Shown here one piece after another: positions 11,475-26,400 of a DNA stretch of 64,000 nt. Made by a program: the position numbers and the translations under genes. Source of the DNA: Octopus sinensis (Eukaryota); the NCBI RefSeq assembly GCF_006345805.1, contig NC_043024.1, forward strand, positions 11,718,001 to 11,782,000. Direction: 5' to 3'. Numbering within the stretch: the stretch's first letter is position 1; each line of letters begins with the position of its first letter. The notes under the pieces were generated by a model, which made no database searches, was not told the DNA's origin, and saw only the letters and a list, made by a program, of their open reading frames with translations.

Positions 11475-14400
11475 TATTTATTTTTATTTATTTATTTATT
11501 TAATCTAGTTTCAGCTCACGAGCTGTGGCCATGCTGGGGCACCGCCATTTGGTGTTGCTACATGATTTTACTTCACGAATGCTTTTTAGCAATTGCCATT
11601 TGGTGCATGAGAGAGTTCGACGCAGCTGCCCTCATCTGCACCTCCTGCCGTGAAGTTGGTTCATCAGCTCACGAGCTTTGGCCATGCTGGGCACCGCCAT
11701 TTGGTGTTGCTACATGATTTTACTTCACGAATGCTTTTTAGCAATTGCCATTTGGTGCATGAGAGAGTTCGACGCAGCTGCCCTCATCTTCACCTCCTGC
11801 CGTGAAGTTGGTTCATCAGCTCACGAGCTGTGGCCATGCTGGGGCACCGCCATTTGGTGTTGCTACATGATTTTACTTCACGAATGCTTTTTAGCAATTG
11901 CCATTTGGTGCATGAGAGAGTTCGACGCAGCTGCCCTCATCTGCACCTCCTGCCGTGAAGTTGGTTCATCAGCTCACGAGCTGTGGCCATGCTGGGGCAC
12001 CGCCATTTGGTGTTGCTACATGATTTTACTTCACGAATGCTTTTTAGCAATTGCCATTTGGTGCATGATGAGAGAGTTCGACGCAGCTGCCCTCATCTGC
12101 ACCTCCTGCCGTGAAGTTGGTTCATCAGCTCACGAGCTGTGGCCATGCTGGGGCACCGCCATTTGGTGTTGCTACATGATTTTACTTCACGAATGCTTTT
12201 TAGCAATTGCCATTTGGTGCATGAGAGAGTTCGACGCAGCTGCCCTCATCTTCACCTCCTGCCGTGAAGTTGGTTCATCAGCTCACGAGCTGTGGCCATG
12301 CTGGCACCGCCATTTGGTGTTGCTACATGATTTTACTTCACGAATGCTTTTTAGCAATTGCCATTTGGTGCATGAGAGAGTTCGACGCAGCTGCCCTCAT
12401 CTTCACCTCCTGCCGTGAAGTTGTTCGTTCATCAGCTCACGAGCTGTGGCCATGCTGGGGCACCGCCATTTGGTGTTGCTACATGATTTTAACTTCACGA
12501 ATGCTTTTTAGCAATTGCCATTTGGTGCATGAGAGAGTTCGACGCAGCTGCCCTCATCTGCACCTCCTGCCGTGAAGTTGGTTCATCAGCTCACGAGCTG
12601 TGGCCATGCTGGGGCACCGCCATTGGTGTTGCTACATGATTTACTTCACGAATGCTTTTAGCAATTGCCATTTGGTGCATGAGAGAGTTCGACGCAGCTG
12701 CCCTCATCTTCACCTCCTGCCGTGAAGTTGGTTCATCAGCTCACGAGCTGTGGCCATGCTGGGGCACCGCCATTTGGTGTTGCTACATGATTTTACTTCA
12801 CGAATGCTTTTTAGCAATTGCCATTTGGTGCATGAGAGAGTTCGACGCAGCTGCCCTCATCTTCACCTCCTGCCGTGAAGTTGGTTCATCAGCTCACGAG
12901 CTGTGGCCATGCTGGGGCACCGCCATTTGGTGTTGCTACATGATTTTACTTCACGAATGCTTTTTAGCAATGCCATTTGGTGCATGAGAGAGTTCGACGC
13001 AGCTGCCCTCATCTGCACCTCCTGCCGTGAAGTTGGTTCATCAGCTCACGAGCTGTGGCCATGCTGGGGCACCGCCATTTGGTGTTGCTACATGATTTTA
13101 CTTCACGAATGCTTTTTAGCAATTGCCATTTGGTGCATGAGAGAGTTCGACGCAGCTGCCCTCATCTTCACCTCCTGCCGTGAAGTTGGTTCATCAGCTC
13201 ACGAGCTGTGGCCATGCTGGGGCACCGCCATTTGGTGTTGCTACATGATTTTACTTCACGAATGCTTTTTAGCAATTGCCATTTGGTGCATGAGAGAGTT
13301 CGACGCAGCTGCCCTCATCTTCACCTCCTGCCTGCCGTGAAGTTGGTTCATCAGCTCACGAGCTGTGGCCATGCTGGGGCACCGCCATTTGGTGTTGCTA
13401 CATGATTTTACTTCACGAATGCTTTTTAGCAATTGCCATTTGGTGCATGAGAGAGTTCGACGCAGCTGCCCTCATCTTCACCTCCTGCCGTGAAGTTGGT
13501 TCATCAGCAGCTCACGAGCTGTGGCCATGCTGGGGCACCGCCATTTGGTGTTGCTACATGATTTTACTTCACGAATGCTTTTTAGCAATTGCCATTTGGT
13601 GCATGAGAGAGTTCGACGCAGCTGCCCTCATCTGCACCTCCTGCCGTGAAGTTGGTTCATCAGCTCACGAGCTGTGGCCATGCTGGGGCACCGCCATTTG
13701 GTGTTGCTACATGATTTTACTTCACGAATGCTTTTTAGCAAATGCCATTTGGTGCATGAGAGAGTTCGACGCAGCTGCCCTCATCTTCACCTCCTGCCGT
13801 GAAGTTGGTTCATCAGCTCACGAGCTGTGGCCATGCTGGGGCACCGCCATTTGGTGTTGCTACATGATTTTACTTCACGAATGCTTTTTAGCAATTGCCA
13901 TTTGGTGCATGAGAGAGTTCGACGCAGCTGCCCTCATCTTCACCTCCTGCCGTGAAGTTGGTTCATCAGCTCACGAGCTGTGGCCATGCTGGGGCACCGC
14001 CATTTGGTGTTGCTACATGATTTTACTTCACGAATGCTTTTTAGCAATTGCCATTTGGTGCATGAGAGAGTTCGACGCAGCTGCCCTCATCTCTCACCTC
14101 CTGCCGTGAAGTTGGTTCATCAGCTCACGAGCTGTGGCCATGCTGGGGCACCGCCATTTGGTGTTGCTACATGATTTTACTTCACGAATGCTTTTTAGCA
14201 ATTGCCATTTGGTGCATGAGAGAGTTCGACGCAGCTGCCCTCATCTTCACCTCCTGCCGTGAAGTTGGTTCATCAGCTCACGAGCTGTGGCCATGCTGGG
14301 GCACCGCCATTTGGTGTTGCTACATGATTTTACTTCACGAATGCTTTTTAGCAAATGCCATTTGGTGCATGAGAGAGTTCGACGCAGCTGCCCTCATCTT

Positions 14401-17400
14401 CACCTCCTGCCGTGAAGTTGGTTCATCAGCTCACGAGCTGTGGCCATGCTGGGGCACCGCCATTTGGTGTTGCTACATGATTTTACTTCACGAATGCTTT
14501 TTAGCAATTGCCATTTGGTGCATGAGAGAGTTCGACGCAGCTGCTCTCATCTTCACCTCCTGCCGTGAAGTTGGTTCATCAGCTCACGAGCTGTGGCCAT
14601 GCTGGGGCACCGCCATTTGGTGTTGCTACATGATTTTACTTCACGAATGCTTTTTAGCAATTGCCATTTGGTGCATGAGAGAGTTCGACGCAGCTGCCCT
14701 CATCTTCACCTCCTCCGTGAAGTTGGTTCATCAGCTCACGAGCTGTGGCCATGCTGGGGCACCGCCATTTGGTGTTGCTACATGATTTTACTTCACGAAT
14801 GCTTTTTAGCAATTGCCATTTGGTGCATGAGAGAGTTCGACGCAGCTGCCCTCATCTTCACCTCCTGCCGTGAAGTTGGTTGATCAGCTCACGAGCTGTG
14901 GCCATGCTGGGGCACCGCCATTTGGTGTTGCTACATGATTTTACTTCACGAATGCTTTTTAGCAATTGCCATTTGGTGCATGAGAGAGTTCGACGCAGCT
15001 GCCCTCATCTTCACCTCCTGCCGTGAAGTTGGTTCATCAGCTCACGAGCTGTGGCCATGCTGGGGCACCGCCATTTGGTGTGTGCTACATGATTTTACTT
15101 CACGAATGCTTTTTAGCAAATGCCATTTGGTGCATGAGAGAGTTCGACGCAGCTGCCCTCATCTTCACCTCCTGCCGTGAAGTTGGTTCATCAGCTCACG
15201 AGCTGTGGCCATGCTGGGGCACCGCCATTTGGTGTTGCTACATGATTTTACTTCACGAATGCTTTTTAGCAATTGCCATTTGGTGCATGAGAGAGTTCGA
15301 CGCAGCTGCCCTCATCTTCACCTCCTGCCGTGAAGTTGGTTCATCAGCTCACGAGCTGTGGCCATGCTGGGGCACCGCCATTTGGTGTTGCTACATGATT
15401 TTACTTCACGAATGCTTTTTAGCAATTGCCATTTGGTGCATGAGAGAGTTCGACGCAGCTGCCCTCATCTTCACCTCTACCTCCTGCCGTGAAGTTGGTT
15501 CATCAGCTCACGAGCTGTGGCCATGCTGGGGCACCGCCATTTGGTGTTGCTACACATGATTTTACTTCACGAATGCTTTTTAGCAAATGCCATTTGGTGC
15601 ATGAGAGAGTTCGACGCAGCTGTCCTCATCTGCACCTCCTGCCGTGAAGTTGGTTCATCAGCTCACGAGCTGTGGCCATGCTGGGGGCACCGCCATTTGG
15701 TGTTGCTACATGATTTTACTTCACGAATGCTTTTTAGCAAATGCCATTTGGTGCATGAGAGAGTTCGACGCAGCTGCCCTCATCTGCACCTCCTGCCGTG
15801 AAGTTGGTTCATCAGCTCACGAGCTGTGGCCATGCTGGGGCACCGCCATTTGGTGTTGCTACATGATTTTACTTCACGAATGCTTTTTAGCAATTGCCAT
15901 TTGGTGCATGAGAGAGTTCGACGCAGCTGCCCTCATCTTCACCTCCTGCCGTGAAGTTGGTTCATCAGCTCACGAGCTGTGGCCATGCTGGGGCACCGCC
16001 ATTTGGTGTTGCTACATGATTTTACTTCACGAATGCTTTTTAGCAATTGCCATTTGGTGCATGAGAGAGTTCGACGCAGCTGCCCTCATCTTCACCTCCT
16101 GCCGTGAAGTTAGTTCATCAGCTCACGAGCTGTGGCCATGCTGGGGCACCGCCATTTGGTTTGCTACATGATTTTACTTCACGAATGCTTTTTAGCAATT
16201 GCCATTTGGTGCATGAGAGAGTTCGACGCAGCTGCCCTCATCTGCACCTCCTGCCGTGAAGTTGGTTCATCAGCTCACGAGCTGTGGCCATGCTGGGGCA
16301 CCGCCATTTGGTGTTGCTACATGATTTTACTTCACGAATGCTTTTTAGCAAATGCCATTTTGGTGCATGAGAGAGTTCGACGCAGCTGCCCTCATCTGCA
16401 CCTCCTGCCGTGAAGTTGGTTCATCAGCTCACGAGCTGTGGCCATGCTGGGGCACCGCCATTTGGTGTTGCTACATGATTTTACTTCACGAATGCTTTTA
16501 GCAATTGCCATTTGGTGCATGAGAGAGTTCGACGCAGCTGCCCTCATCTTCACCTCCTGCCGTGAAGTTGGTTCATCAGCTCACGAGCTGTGGCCATGCT
16601 GGGCACCGCCATTTGGTGTTGCTACATGATTTTACTTCACGAATGCTTTTTAGCAATTGCCATTTGGTGCATGAGAGAGTTCGACGCAGCTGCCCTCATC
16701 TTCACCTCCTGCCGTGAAGTTGGTTCATCAGCTCACGAGCTGTGGCCATGCTGGGGCACCGCCATTTGGTGTTGCTACATGATTTTACTTCACGAATGCT
16801 TTTTAGCAATTGCCATTTGGTGCATGAGAGAGTTCGACGCAGCTGCCCTCATCTTCACCTCCTGCCGTGAAGTTGGTTCATCAGCTCACGAGCTGTGGCC
16901 ATGCTGGGGCACCGCCATTTGGTGTTGCTACACATGATTTTACTTCACGAATGCTTTTTAGCAATTGCCATTTGGTGCATGAGAGAGTTCGACGCAGCTG
17001 CCCTCATCTTCACCTCCTGCCGTGAAGTTGGTTCATCAGCTCACGAGCTGTGGCCATGCTGGGGCACCGCCATTTGGTGTTGCTACATGATTTTACTTCA
17101 CGAATGCTTTTTAGCAATTGCCATTTGGTGCATGAGAGAGTTCGACGCAGCTGCCCTCATCTTCACCTCCTGCCGTGAAGTTGGTTCATCAGCTCACGAG
17201 CTGTGGCCATGCTGGGGCACCGCCATTTGGTGTTGCTACATGATTTTACTTCACGAATGCTTTTAGCAATTGCCATTTGGTGCATGAGAGAGTTCGACGC
17301 AGCTGCCCTCATCTTCACCTCCTGCCGTGAAGTTGGTTCATCAGCTCACGAGCTGTGGCCATGCTGGGGCACCGCCATTTGGTGTTGCTACATGATTTTA

Positions 17401-20400
17401 CTTCACGAATGCTTTTTAGCAATTGCCATTTGGTGCATGAGAGAGTTCGACGCAGCTGCCCTCATCTGCACCTCCTGCCCTGCCGTGAAGTTGGTTCATC
17501 AGCTCACGAGCTGTGGCCATGCTGGGGCACCGCCATTTGGTGTTGCTACATGATTTTACTTCACGAATGCTTTTTAGCAATTGCCATTTGGTGCATGAGA
17601 GAGTTCGACGCAGCTGCCCTCATCTTCACCTCCTGCCGTGAAGTTGGTTCATCAGCTCACGAGCTGTGGCCATGCTGGGGCACCGCCATTTGGTGTTGCT
17701 ACATGATTTTACTTCACGAATGCTTTTTAGCAATTGCCATTTGGTGCATGAGAGAGTTCGACGCAGCTGCCCTCATCTGCACCTCCTGCCGTGAAGTTGG
17801 TTCATCAGCTCACGAGCTGTGGCCATGCTGGGGCACCGCCATTTGGTGTTGCTACATGATTTACTTCACGAATGCTTTTTAGCAATTGCCATTTGGTGCA
17901 TGAGAGAGTTCGACGCAGCTGCCCTCATCTTCACCTCCTGCCGTGAAGTTGGTTCATCAGCTCACGAGCTGTGGCCATGCTGGGGCACCGCCATTTGGTG
18001 TTGCTACATGATTTTACTTCACGAATGCTTTTTAGCAATTGCCATTTGGTGCATGAGAGAGTTCGACGCAGCTGCCCTCATCTTCACCTCCTGCCGTGAA
18101 GTTGGTTCATCAGCTCACGAGCTGTGGCCATGCTGGGGCACCGCCATTTGGTGTTGCTACATGATTTTACTTCACGAATGCTTTTTAGCAATTGCCATTT
18201 GGTGCATGAGAGAGTTCGACGCAGCTGCCCTCATCTTCACCTCCTGCCGTGAAGTTGGTTCATCAGCTCACGAGCTGTGGCCATGCTGGGGCACCGCCAT
18301 TTGGTGTTGCTACATGATTTTACTTCACGAATGCTTTTTAGCAATTGCCATTTGGTGCATGAGAGAGTTCGACGCAGCTGCCCTCATCTTCACCTCCTGC
18401 CGTGAAGTTGGTTCATCAGCTCACGAGCTGTGGCCATGATGGGGCACCGCCATTTGGTGTTGCTACATGATTTTACTTCACGAATGCTTTTTAGCAATTG
18501 CCATTTGGTGCATGAGAGAGTTCGACGCAGCTGCCCTCATCTTCACCTCCTGCCGTGAAGTTGGTTCATCAGCTCACGAGCTGTGGCCATGCTGGGGCAC
18601 CGCCATTTGGTGTTGCTACATGATTTTACTTCACGAATGCTTTTTAGCAATTGCCATTTGGTGCATGAGAGAGTTCGACGCAGCTGCCCTCATCTTCACC
18701 TCCTGCCGTGAAGTTGGTTCATCAGCTCACGAGCTGTGGCCATGCTGGGGCACCGCCATTTGGTGTTGCTACATGATTTTACTTCACGAATGCTTTTCAG
18801 CAATTGCCATTTGGTGCATGAGAGAGTTCGACGCAGCTGCCCTCATCTGCACCTCCTGCCGTGAAGTTGGTTCATCAGCTCACGAGCTGTGGCCATGCTG
18901 GGGCACCGCCATTTGGTGTTGCTACATGATTTTACTTCACGAATGCTTTTTAGCAAATGCCATTTGGTGCATGAGAGAGTTCGATGCAGCTGCCCTCATC
19001 TGCACCTCCTGCCGTGAAGTTGGTTCATCAGCTCACGAGCTGTGGCCATGCTGGGGCACCGCCATTTGGTGTTGCTACATGATTTTACTTCACGAATGCT
19101 TTTTAGCAATTGCCATTTGGTGCATGAGAGAGTTCGACGCAGCTGCCCTCATCTGCACCTCCTGCCGTGAAGTTGGTTCATCAGCTCACGAGCTGTGGCC
19201 ATGCTGGGGCACCGCCATTTGGTGTTGCTACATGATTTTACTTCACGAATGCTTTTTAGCAATTGCCATTTGGTGCATGAGAGAGTTCGACGCAACTGCC
19301 CTCATCTGCACCTCCTGCCGTGAAGTTGGTTCATCAGCTCACGAGCTGTGGCCATGCTGGGGCACCGCCATTTGGTGTTGCTACATGATTTTACTTCACG
19401 GATGCTTTTTAGCAATTGCCATTTGGTGCATGAGAGAGTTCGACGCAGCTGCCCTCATCTGCACCTCCTGCCGTGAAGTTGGTTCATCAGCTCACGAGCT
19501 GTGGCCATGCTGGGGCACCGCCATTTGGTGTTGCTACATGATTTTACTTCACGAATGCTTTTTAGCAATTGCCATTTGGTGCATGAGAGAGTTCGACGCA
19601 GCTGCCCTCATCTGCACCTCCTGCCGTGAAGTTGGTTCATCAGCTCTCACGAGCTGTGGCCATGCTGGGGCACCGCCATTTGGTGTTGCTACATGATTTT
19701 ACTTCACGAATGCTTTTTAGCAATTGCCATTTTGGTGCATGAGAGAGTTCGATGCAGCTGCCCTCATCTGCACCTCCTGCCGTGAAGTTGGTTCATCAGC
19801 TCACGAGCTGTGGCCATGCTGGGGCACCGCCATTTGGTGTTGCTACATGATTTTACTTCACGAATGCTTTTTAGCAATTGCCATTTGTGGCATGAGAGAG
19901 TTCGACGCAGCTGCCCTCATCTGCACCTCCTGCCGTGAAGTTGGTTCATCAGCTCACGAGCTGTGGCCATGCTGGGGCACCGCCATTTGGTGTTGCTACA
20001 TGATTTTACTTCACGAATGCTTTTTAGCAATTGCCATTTGGTGCATGAGAGAGTTCGACGCAGCTGCCCTCATCTTCACCTCCTGCCGTGAAGTTGGTTC
20101 ATCAGCTCACGAGCTGTGGCCATGCTGGGGCACCGCCATTTGGTGTTGCTACATGATTTTACTTCACGAATGCTTTTTAGCAATTGCCATTTGGTGCATG
20201 AGAGAGTTCGACGCAGCTGCCCTCATCTTCACCTCCTGCCGTGAAGTTGGTTCATCAGCTCACGAGCTGTGGCCATGCTGGGGCACCGCCATTTGGTGTT
20301 GCTACATGATTTTACTTCACGAAATGCTTTTTAGCAATTGCCATTTGGTGCATGAGAGAGTTCGACGCAGCTGCCCTCTTCTGCACCTCCTGCCGTGAAG

Positions 20401-23400
20401 TTGGTTCATCAGCTCACGAGCTGTGGCCATGCTGGGGCACCGCCATTTGGTGTTGCTACATGATTTTACTTCACGAAATGCTTTTTAGCAATTGCCATTT
20501 GGTGCATGAGAGAGTTCGACGCAGCTGCCCTCATCTGCACCTCCTGCCGTGAAGTTGGTTCATCAGCTCACGAGCTGTGGCCATGCTGGGGCACCGCCAT
20601 TTGGTGTTGCTACATGATTTTACTTCACGGATGCTTTTTAGAAAATGCCATTTGGTGCATGAGAGAGTTCGACGCAGCTGCCCTCATCTTCACCTCCTGC
20701 CGTGAAGTTGGTTCATCAGCTCACGAGCTGTGGCCATGCTGGGGCACCGCCATTTGGTGTTGCTACATGATTTTACTTCACGAATGCTTTTTAGCAATTG
20801 CCATTTGGTGCATGAGAGAGTTCGATGCAGCTGCCCTCATCTTCACCTCCTGCCGTGAAGTTGGTTCATCAGCTCACGAGCTGTGGCCATGCTGGGGCAC
20901 CGCCATTTGGTGTTGCTACATGATTTTACTTCACGAATGCTTTTTAGCAATTGCCATTTGGTGCATGAGAGAGTTCGATGCAGCTGCCCTCATCTGCACC
21001 TCCTGCCGTGAAGTTGGTTCATCAGCTCACGAGCTGTGGCCATGCTGGGGCACCGCCATTTGGTGTTGCTACATGATTTTACTTCACGAATGCTTTTTAG
21101 CAATTGCCATTTGGTGCATGAGAGAGTTCGATGCAGCTGCCCTCATCTTCACCTCCTGCCGTGAAGTTGGTTCATCAGCTCACGAGCTGTGGCCATGCTG
21201 GGGCACCGCCATTTGGTGTTGCTACATGATTTTACTTCACGAATGCTTTTTAGCAATTGCCATTTGGTGCATGAGAGAGTTCGACGCAGCTGCCCTCATC
21301 TGCACCTCCTGCCGTGAAGTTGGTTCATCAGCTCACGAGCTGTGGCCATGCTGGGGCACCGCCATTTGGTGTTGCTACATGATTTTACTTCACGAATGCT
21401 TTTTAGCAATTGCCATTTGGTGCATGAGAGAGTTCGACGCAGCTGCCCTCATCTGCACCTCCTGCCGTGAAGTTGGTTCATCAGCTCTCACGAGCTGTGG
21501 CCATGCTGGGGCACCGCCATTTGGTGTTGCTACATGATTTTACTTCACGAATGCTTTTTAGCAATTGCCATTTGGTGCATGAGAGAGTTCGACGCAGCTG
21601 CCCTCATCTGCACCTCCTGCCGTGAAGTTGGTTCATCAGCTCACGAGCTGTGGCCATGCTGGGGCACCGCCATTTGGTGTTGCTACATGATTTTACTTCA
21701 CGAATGCTTTTTAGCAATTGCCATTTGGTGCATGAGAGAGTTCGACGCAGCTGCCCTCATCTGCACCTCCTGCCGTGAAGTTGGTTCATCAGCTCACGAG
21801 CTGTGGCCATGCTGGGGCACCGCCATTTGGTGTTGCTACATGATTTTACTTCACGAATGCTTTTTAGCAATTGCCATTTGGTGCATGAGAGAGTTCGACG
21901 CAGCTGCCCTCATCTTCACCTCCTGCCGTGAAGTTGGTTCATCAGCTCACGAGCTGTGGCCATGCTGGGGCACCGCCATTTGGTGTTGCTACATGATTTT
22001 ACTTCACGGATGCTTTTTAGCAATTGCCATTTGGTGCATGAGAGAGTTCGACGCAGCTGCCCTCATCTTCACCTCCTGCCGTGAAGTTGGTTCATCAGCT
22101 CACGAGCTGTGGCCATGCTGGGGCACCGCCATTTGGTGTTGCTACATTTTTACTTCACGGATGCTTTTTAGAAAATGCCATTTGGTGCATGAGAGAGTTC
22201 GACGCAGCTGCCCTCATCTGCACCTCCTGCCGTGAAGTTGGTTCATCAGCTCACGAGCTGTGGCCATGCTGGGGCACCGCCATTTGGTGTTGCTACTGAT
22301 TTTACTTCATTACTTCACGGATGCTTTTTAGCAATTGCCATTTGTGCATGAGAGAGTTCGACGCAGCTGCCCTCATCTTCACCTCCTGCCGTGAAGTTGG
22401 TTCATCAGCTCACGAGCTGTGGCCATGCTGGGGCACCGCCATTTGGTGTTGCTACATGATTTTACTTCACGGATGCTTTTTAGCAATTGCCATTTGGTGC
22501 ATGAGAGAGTTCGACGCAGCTGCCCTCATCTTCACCTCCTGCCGTGAAGTTGGTTCATCAGCTCACGTGCTGTGGCCATGCTGGGGCACCGCCATTTGGT
22601 GTTGCTACATGATTTTACTTCACGGATGCTTTTTAGAAAATGCCATTTGGTGCATGAGAGAGTTCGACGCAGCTGCCCTCATCTGCACCTCCTGCCGTGA
22701 AGTTGGTTCATCAGCTCACGAGCTGTGGCCATGCTGGGGCACCGCCATTTGGTGTTGCTACATGATTTTACTTCACGGATGCTTTTTAGCAATTGCCATT
22801 TGGTGCATGAGAGAGTTCGACGCAGCTGCCCTCATCTTCACCTCCTGCCGTGAAGTTGGTTCATCAGCTCACGAGCTGTGGCCATGCTGGGGCACCGCCA
22901 TTTGGTGTTGCTACATGATTTTACTTCACGATGCTTTTTAGCAATTGCCATTTGGTGCATGAGAGAGTTCGACGCAGCTGCCCTCATCTGCACCTCCTGC
23001 CGTGAAGTTGGTTCATCAGCTCACGAGCTGTGGCCATGCTGGGGCACCGCCATTTGGTGTTGCTACATGATTTTACTTCACGGATGCTTTTTAGAAATGC
23101 CATTTGGTGCATGAGAGAGTTCGACGCAGCTGCCCTCATCTGCACCTCCTGCCGTGAAGTTGGTTCCAGCTCACGAGCTGTGGCCATGCTGGGGCACCGC
23201 CATTTGGTGTTGCTACATGATTTTACTTCACGGATGCTTTTTAGAAAATGCCATTTGGTGCATGAGAGAGTTCGACGCAGCTGCCCTCATCTGCACCTCC
23301 TGCCGTGAAGTTGGTTCATCAGCTCACGAGCTGTGGCCATGCTGGGGCACACCGCCATTTGGTGTTGCTACATGATTTTACTTACTTCACGAATGCTTTT

Positions 23401-26400
23401 TAGCAATTGCCATTTGGTGCATGAGAGAGTTCGACGCAGCTGCCCTCATCTGCACCTCCTGCCGTGAAGTTGGTTCATCAGCTCACGAGCTGTGGCCATG
23501 CTGGGGCACCGCCATTTGGTGTTGCTACATGATTTTACTTCACGAATGCTTTTTAGCAATTGCCATTTGGTGCATGAGAGAGTTCGACGCAGCTGCCCTC
23601 ATCTGCACCTCCTGCCGTGAAGTTGGTTCATCAGCTCACGAGCTGTGGCCATGCTGGGGCACCGCCATTTGGTGTTGCTACATGATTTTACTTCACGAAT
23701 GCTTTTTAGAAAATGCCATTTGGTGCATGAGAGAGTTCGACGCAGCTGCCCTCATCTGCACCTCCTGCCGTGAAGTTGGTTCATCAGCTCACGAGCTGTG
23801 GCCATGCTGGGGCACCGCCATTTGGTGTTGCTACATGATTTTACTTCACGAATGCTTTTTAGCAATTGCCATTTGGTGCATGAGAGAGTTCGACGCAGCT
23901 GCCCTCATCTGCACCTCCTGCCGTGAAGTTGGTTCATCAGCTCACGAGCTGTGGCCATGCTGGGGCACCGCCATTTGGTGTTGCTACATGATTTTACTTC
24001 ACGAAATGCTTTTTAGCAATTGCCATTTGGTGCATGAGAGAGTTCGACGCAGCTGCCCTCATCTGCACCTCCTGCCGTGAAGTTGGTTCATCAGCTCACG
24101 AGCTGTGGCCATGCTGGGGCACCGCCATTTGGTGTTGCTACATGATTTTACTTCACGAATGCTTTTTAGCAATTGCCATTTGGTGCATGAGAGAGTTCGA
24201 CGCAGCTGCCCTCATCTGCACCTCCTGCCGTGAAGTTGGTTCATCAGCTCACGAGCTGTGGCCATGCTGGGGCACCGCCATTTGTGTTGCTACATGATTT
24301 TACTTCACGAATGCTTTTTAGCAATTGCCATTTGGTGCATGAGAGAGTTCGACGCAGCTGCCCTCATCTTCACCTCCTGCCGTGAAGTTGGTTCATCAGC
24401 TCACGAGCTGTGGCCATGCTGGGGCACCGCCATTTGGTGTTGCTACATGATTTTACTTCACGAATGCTTTTTAGCAATTGCCATTTGGTGCATGAGAGAG
24501 TTCGACGCAGCTGCCCTCATCTGCACCTCCTGCCTTGAAGTTGGTTCATCAGCTCACGAGCTGTGGCCATGCTGGGGCACACCATTTGGTGTTGCTACAT
24601 GATTTTACTTCACGAATGCTTTTTAGCAATTGCCATTTGGTGCATGAGAGAGTTCGACGCAACTGCCCTCATCTGCACCTCCTGCCGTGAAGTTGGTTCA
24701 TCAGCTCACGAGCTGTGGCCATGCTGGGGCACCGCCATTTGGTGTTGCTACATGATTTTACTTCACGAATGCTTTTTAGAAAATGCCATTTGGTGCATGA
24801 GAGAGTTCGACGCAGCTGCCCCTCATCTTCACCTCCTGCCGTGAAGTTGGTTCATCAGCTCACGAGCTGTGGCCATGCTGGGGCACCGCCATTTGGTGTT
24901 GCTACATGATTTTACTTCACGAATGCTTTTTAGAAAATTGCCATTTGGTGCATGAGAGAGTTCGACGCAGCTGCCCTCATCTTCACCTCCTGCCGTGAAG
25001 TTGGTTCATCAGCTCACGAGCTGTGGCCATGCTGGGGCACCGCCATTTGGTGTTGCTACATGATTTTACTTCACGAATGCTTTTTAGCAATTGCCATTTG
25101 GTGCATGAGAGAGTTCGACGCAGCTGCCCTCATCTTCACCTCCTGCCGTGAAGTTGGTTCATCAGCTCACGAGCTGTGGCCATGCTGGGGCACCGCCATT
25201 TGGTGTTGCTACATGATTTTACTTCACGAATGCTTTTTAGCAATTGCCATTTGGTGCATGAGAGAGTTCGACGCAGCTGCCCTCATCTTCACCTCCTGCC
25301 GTGAAGTTGGTTCATCAGCTCACGAGCTGTGGCCATGCTGGGGCACCGCCATTTGGTGTTGCTACATGATTTTACTTCACGAATGCTTTTTAGCAATTGC
25401 CATTTGGTGCATGAGAGAGTTCGACGCAGCTGCCCTCATCTGCACCTCCTGCCGTGAAGTTGGTTCATCAGCTCACGAGCTGTGGCCATGCTGGGGCACC
25501 GCCATTTGGTGTTGCTACATGATTTTACTTCACGAATGCTTTTTAGCAATTGCCATTTGGTGCATGAGAGAGTTCGACGCAGCTGCCCTCATCTGCACCT
25601 CCTGCCGTGAAGTTGGTTCATCAGCTCACGAGCTGTGGCCATGCTGGGGCACCGCCATTTGGTGTTGCTACATGATTTTACTTCACGAATGCTTTTTAGC
25701 AATTGCCATTTGGTGCATGAGAGAGTTCGACGCAGCTGCCCTCATCTGCACCTCCTGCCGTGAAGTTGGTTCATCAGCTCACGAGCTGTGGCCATGCTGG
25801 GCACCGCCATTTGGTGTTGCTACATGATTTTACTTCACGAATGCTTTTTAGAAAATGCCATTTGGTGCATGAGAGAGTTCGACGCAGCTGCCCTCATCTG
25901 CACCTCCTGCCGTGAAGTTGGTTCATCAGCTCACGAGCTGTGGCCATGCTGGGGCACCGCCATTTGGTGTTGCTACATGATTTTACTTCACGAATGCTTT
26001 TTAGCAATTGCCATTTGGTGCATGAGAGAGTTCGACGCAGCTGCCCTCATCTTCACCTCCTGCCGTGAAGTTGGTTCATCAGCTCACGAGCTGTGGCCAT
26101 GCTGGGGCACCGCCATTTGGTGTTGCTACATGATTTTACTTCACGAATGCTTTTTAGCAATTGCCATTTGGTGCATGAGAGAGTTCGACGCAGCTGCCCT
26201 CATCTGCACCTCCTGCCGTGAAGTTGGTTCATCAGCTCACGAGCTGTGGCCATGCTGGGGCACCGCCATTTGGTGTTGCTACATGATTTTACTTCACGAA
26301 TGCTTTTTAGCAATTGCCATTTGGTGCATGAGAGAGTTCGACGCAGCTGCCCTCATCTCCACCTCCTGCCGTGAAGTTGGTTCATCAGCTCACGAGCTGT

